Positions 24,060 through 25,746 of a stretch of 25,746 nucleotides of DNA are shown piece after piece (position 1 is the stretch's first letter; each line of letters starts with the position of its first letter). The stretch is from Candidatus Sigynarchaeum calidifontis (GTDB lineage Archaea; Asgardarchaeota; Lokiarchaeia; Sigyniarchaeales; Sigyniarchaeaceae). Both the position numbers and the translations under genes were made by a program. The notes beneath the pieces were generated by a model. The model did no database searches, had not been told where the DNA came from, and worked only from the letters and a program-made list of their open reading frames with translations. The DNA lies in the NCBI GenBank assembly GCA_030587475.2, contig JAUQYZ020000133.1:1-25746 (forward strand). Direction: 5' to 3'.

Positions 24060-25746
24060 TCAAGACGCGTGTCGCTTCGGGCTCACGAGGAACGTCATGA
24101 TCTGGCAACCCTTGATCGCGAAGTCGAAGCCGCCATTACTGAACATGACCGCTTCGACGAATTCCTCGTTGAGGTTCATGATCGACACGCTCGATGGCTC
24201 GAAGGATAGGCGCACCCTGCCTTGCAAGGCTGACCGGGACGGGTTGAACAAGCGGAGGATGATGCCATTGCTCGATTCCGCTTTTTTCAAGGCGGACACG
24301 ACGAGCGTCGCGGGCTCGACCGTCAGCATGCATTCCTCGTCGAATTCGAGCGGTTTTACATTCCCGGTGGCGAGCGGCGGCTCGTAAAAGTGGTCCCGCA
24401 CCCCGTGTGCCATGGCTGTTAGCGGCGTCTGAAACGCTGCCATGTACTTCCAGAGCAGCGCTTGCTGCCAGTCGCCCGCGTGGGGCATGATGGCAAGCTC
24501 GAAGCGCATGTGGCGCTTGCACTGGGCGCCCGGCGTCGGCAAGAAGGGCCCGTTGAGACCCGATGGCCGGCCGAGATGGCCGCGCGCCAGCGGCATGCCG
24601 TCCCGGCTCAGCCATCCCACGCTCCTGAAAAGCGTGATCGCGATGGCATTCTGCATGCCGGGCAGTATCTCGAACTCGGGCAGCCCCTTCACGAGCACGG
24701 CGAGGCCAGCCTTGCCGTCCGATAAATCGACGAAGCCATCCGTGTGGTAGAGCCCCTGCGCTGGCTGGAACCACCCGTCGTCCTTCGGGAGGGCGATGTC
24801 CCGTTCCATGACCATGAAGTGATCGGCGGCGTGGGACTTGGTTACCTGGAGGCCCGTCGGGAAGCAAGCCTGGAGCCGGTGGTCGTCGACGTTGTTGTCC
24901 ACGTCGATGGTCACCCGGACGAATGGCTCGCTCGTGTACAATTCGAGCAAGATCCTGGCCTTGAAATCGACGAGCTCGGCGCTGCGCTTCCGTTCTCTCG
25001 TGATGCATTTCGGCACCTTCATGGTGATGTCGATCGTGCAGCGATGCTTGAGGGGTGATTTCTCGACGCGGGATATGGTCACGTTACCGGATCGGGAGGT
25101 GACCACGACGTTTTCGTGTGGCGGTGCGTAATCATACTCGTCACCATCGTCGCCAGCATCGACGAGCACGAGCAAGTCACTCCACGTTCTCCCGTTTTTC
25201 TTTTCGGTAATCGTCACCGTCCCGTCTTGGTTTACCGTAACCGAGAGCAACTCGTTCTCCAGCACGTGCTCATTCCCCGTGATAGTATCAAGATTTCCAG
25301 GGCCACCGGGCACGGGCTCCAGGTAGAACGTCTTGAACCCGAGGGCCGGGACGTCGGGAGCCACCATCTCGATCTCCCGCAGCTGCATCGAGTGGCCGAA
25401 CAGCGGGAACAGTTTTGCCGCGTCGGGCAACTCGCGGTAGTCGGGGATGGTCTTGATGCTGGCAGCTTGTATTTCCTTGCCACTGGCATCGACGACGCGT
25501 AAATTATCGTTATGCCACTGGGCAGGCACGCTCAGGAGGGTTTTAACGGGGCCGGTTTGCACCCAATTCGTCACGTTGACGATGGGAAGTGCCATCTTCC
25601 CCGCGGGTGACCGTTTCATGGCCTTCCAGATAATGCTCGTGGCCCCGTTGACTAGCGTCTCGACCATGTCGCCGAGCTCGGCGAACCTCGTCTCCATGTC
25701 CGCGTGAACCCGGTCTGTGCTGCAACCGCAAATCGAGTCGTGCGGG
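24060..25746 (-). CDS. Glycoside hydrolase family 38 alpha-mannosidase (MngB-like), 5'-truncated by window edge
   Basis: The frame stays open to the window end and reads PHDSICGCSTDRVHADMETRF (GH38 middle-domain motif). It also has VPALGFKT, LENELL, DDGDEYDYAP, DHRLQACF, ITLFRSVGWLSR and SALKKAE...ILRLFN. Confidence 0.93.
   Translation of the reverse strand, partial: PHDSICGCSTDRVHADMETRFAELGDMVETLVNGATSIIWKAMKRSPAGKMALPIVNVTNWVQTGPVKTLLSVPAQWHNDNLRVVDASGKEIQAASIKTIPDYRELPDAAKLFPLFGHSMQLREIEMVAPDVPALGFKTFYLEPVPGGPGNLDTITGNEHVLENELLSVTVNQDGTVTITEKKNGRTWSDLLVLVDAGDDGDEYDYAPPHENVVVTSRSGNVTISRVEKSPLKHRCTIDITMKVPKCITRERKRSAELVDFKARILLELYTSEPFVRVTIDVDNNVDDHRLQACFPTGLQVTKSHAADHFMVMERDIALPKDDGWFQPAQGLYHTDGFVDLSDGKAGLAVLVKGLPEFEILPGMQNAIAITLFRSVGWLSRDGMPLARGHLGRPSGLNGPFLPTPGAQCKRHMRFELAIMPHAGDWQQALLWKYMAAFQTPLTAMAHGVRDHFYEPPLATGNVKPLEFDEECMLTVEPATLVVSALKKAESSNGIILRLFNPSRSALQGRVRLSFEPSSVSIMNLNEEFVEAVMFSNGGFDFAIKGCQIMTFLVSPKRHAS

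Noticed and set aside
1-25746. Stop-codon recoding (Sec/Pyl), CRISPR arrays, IS elements, and integrase/att sites at the tRNA
   Set aside because: UGA-ending genes with recognisable domains appear complete at their stops. By eye I found no regularly spaced repeats, transposase or integrase ORF, or duplicated tRNA 3' end.

Overview
This is GC-rich, gene-dense archaeal DNA. TATA/BRE-like promoters, GAGGTG(A) ribosome-binding sites, BHB tRNA introns, archaeal radical-SAM families and an AbrB-PhoU regulator all point to an archaeon. The gene content suggests an Asgard (Lokiarchaeia/Sigynarchaeota-like) lineage, which is inference only. About 20 protein genes are supportable: two radical-SAM proteins with non-canonical Cys motifs, a GH78 alpha-L-rhamnosidase, a large GH-like hypothetical, several membrane or surface proteins, a MOP-type flippase, an SDR, a UroD/MtaA-family protein, an AbrB-PhoU regulator, a Zn-dependent oxidoreductase, pyrE, an SCP2 plus lipocalin-like pair, and a partial GH38 alpha-mannosidase. 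The best finding is absent from the ORF track: a minus-strand tRNA-Pro(UGG) gene at 21053-21190 interrupted by two non-canonical introns. One intron splits the anticodon (34/35, strict bulge-helix-bulge) and the other lies in the T-loop (59/60, relaxed BHB). The mature tRNA would have unusual A1:U72 and G60. A second candidate is a compact, multi-helix ~90-nt leader in front of pyrE whose closing stem covers the ribosome-binding region. No CRISPR array, transposase or integrase was seen.
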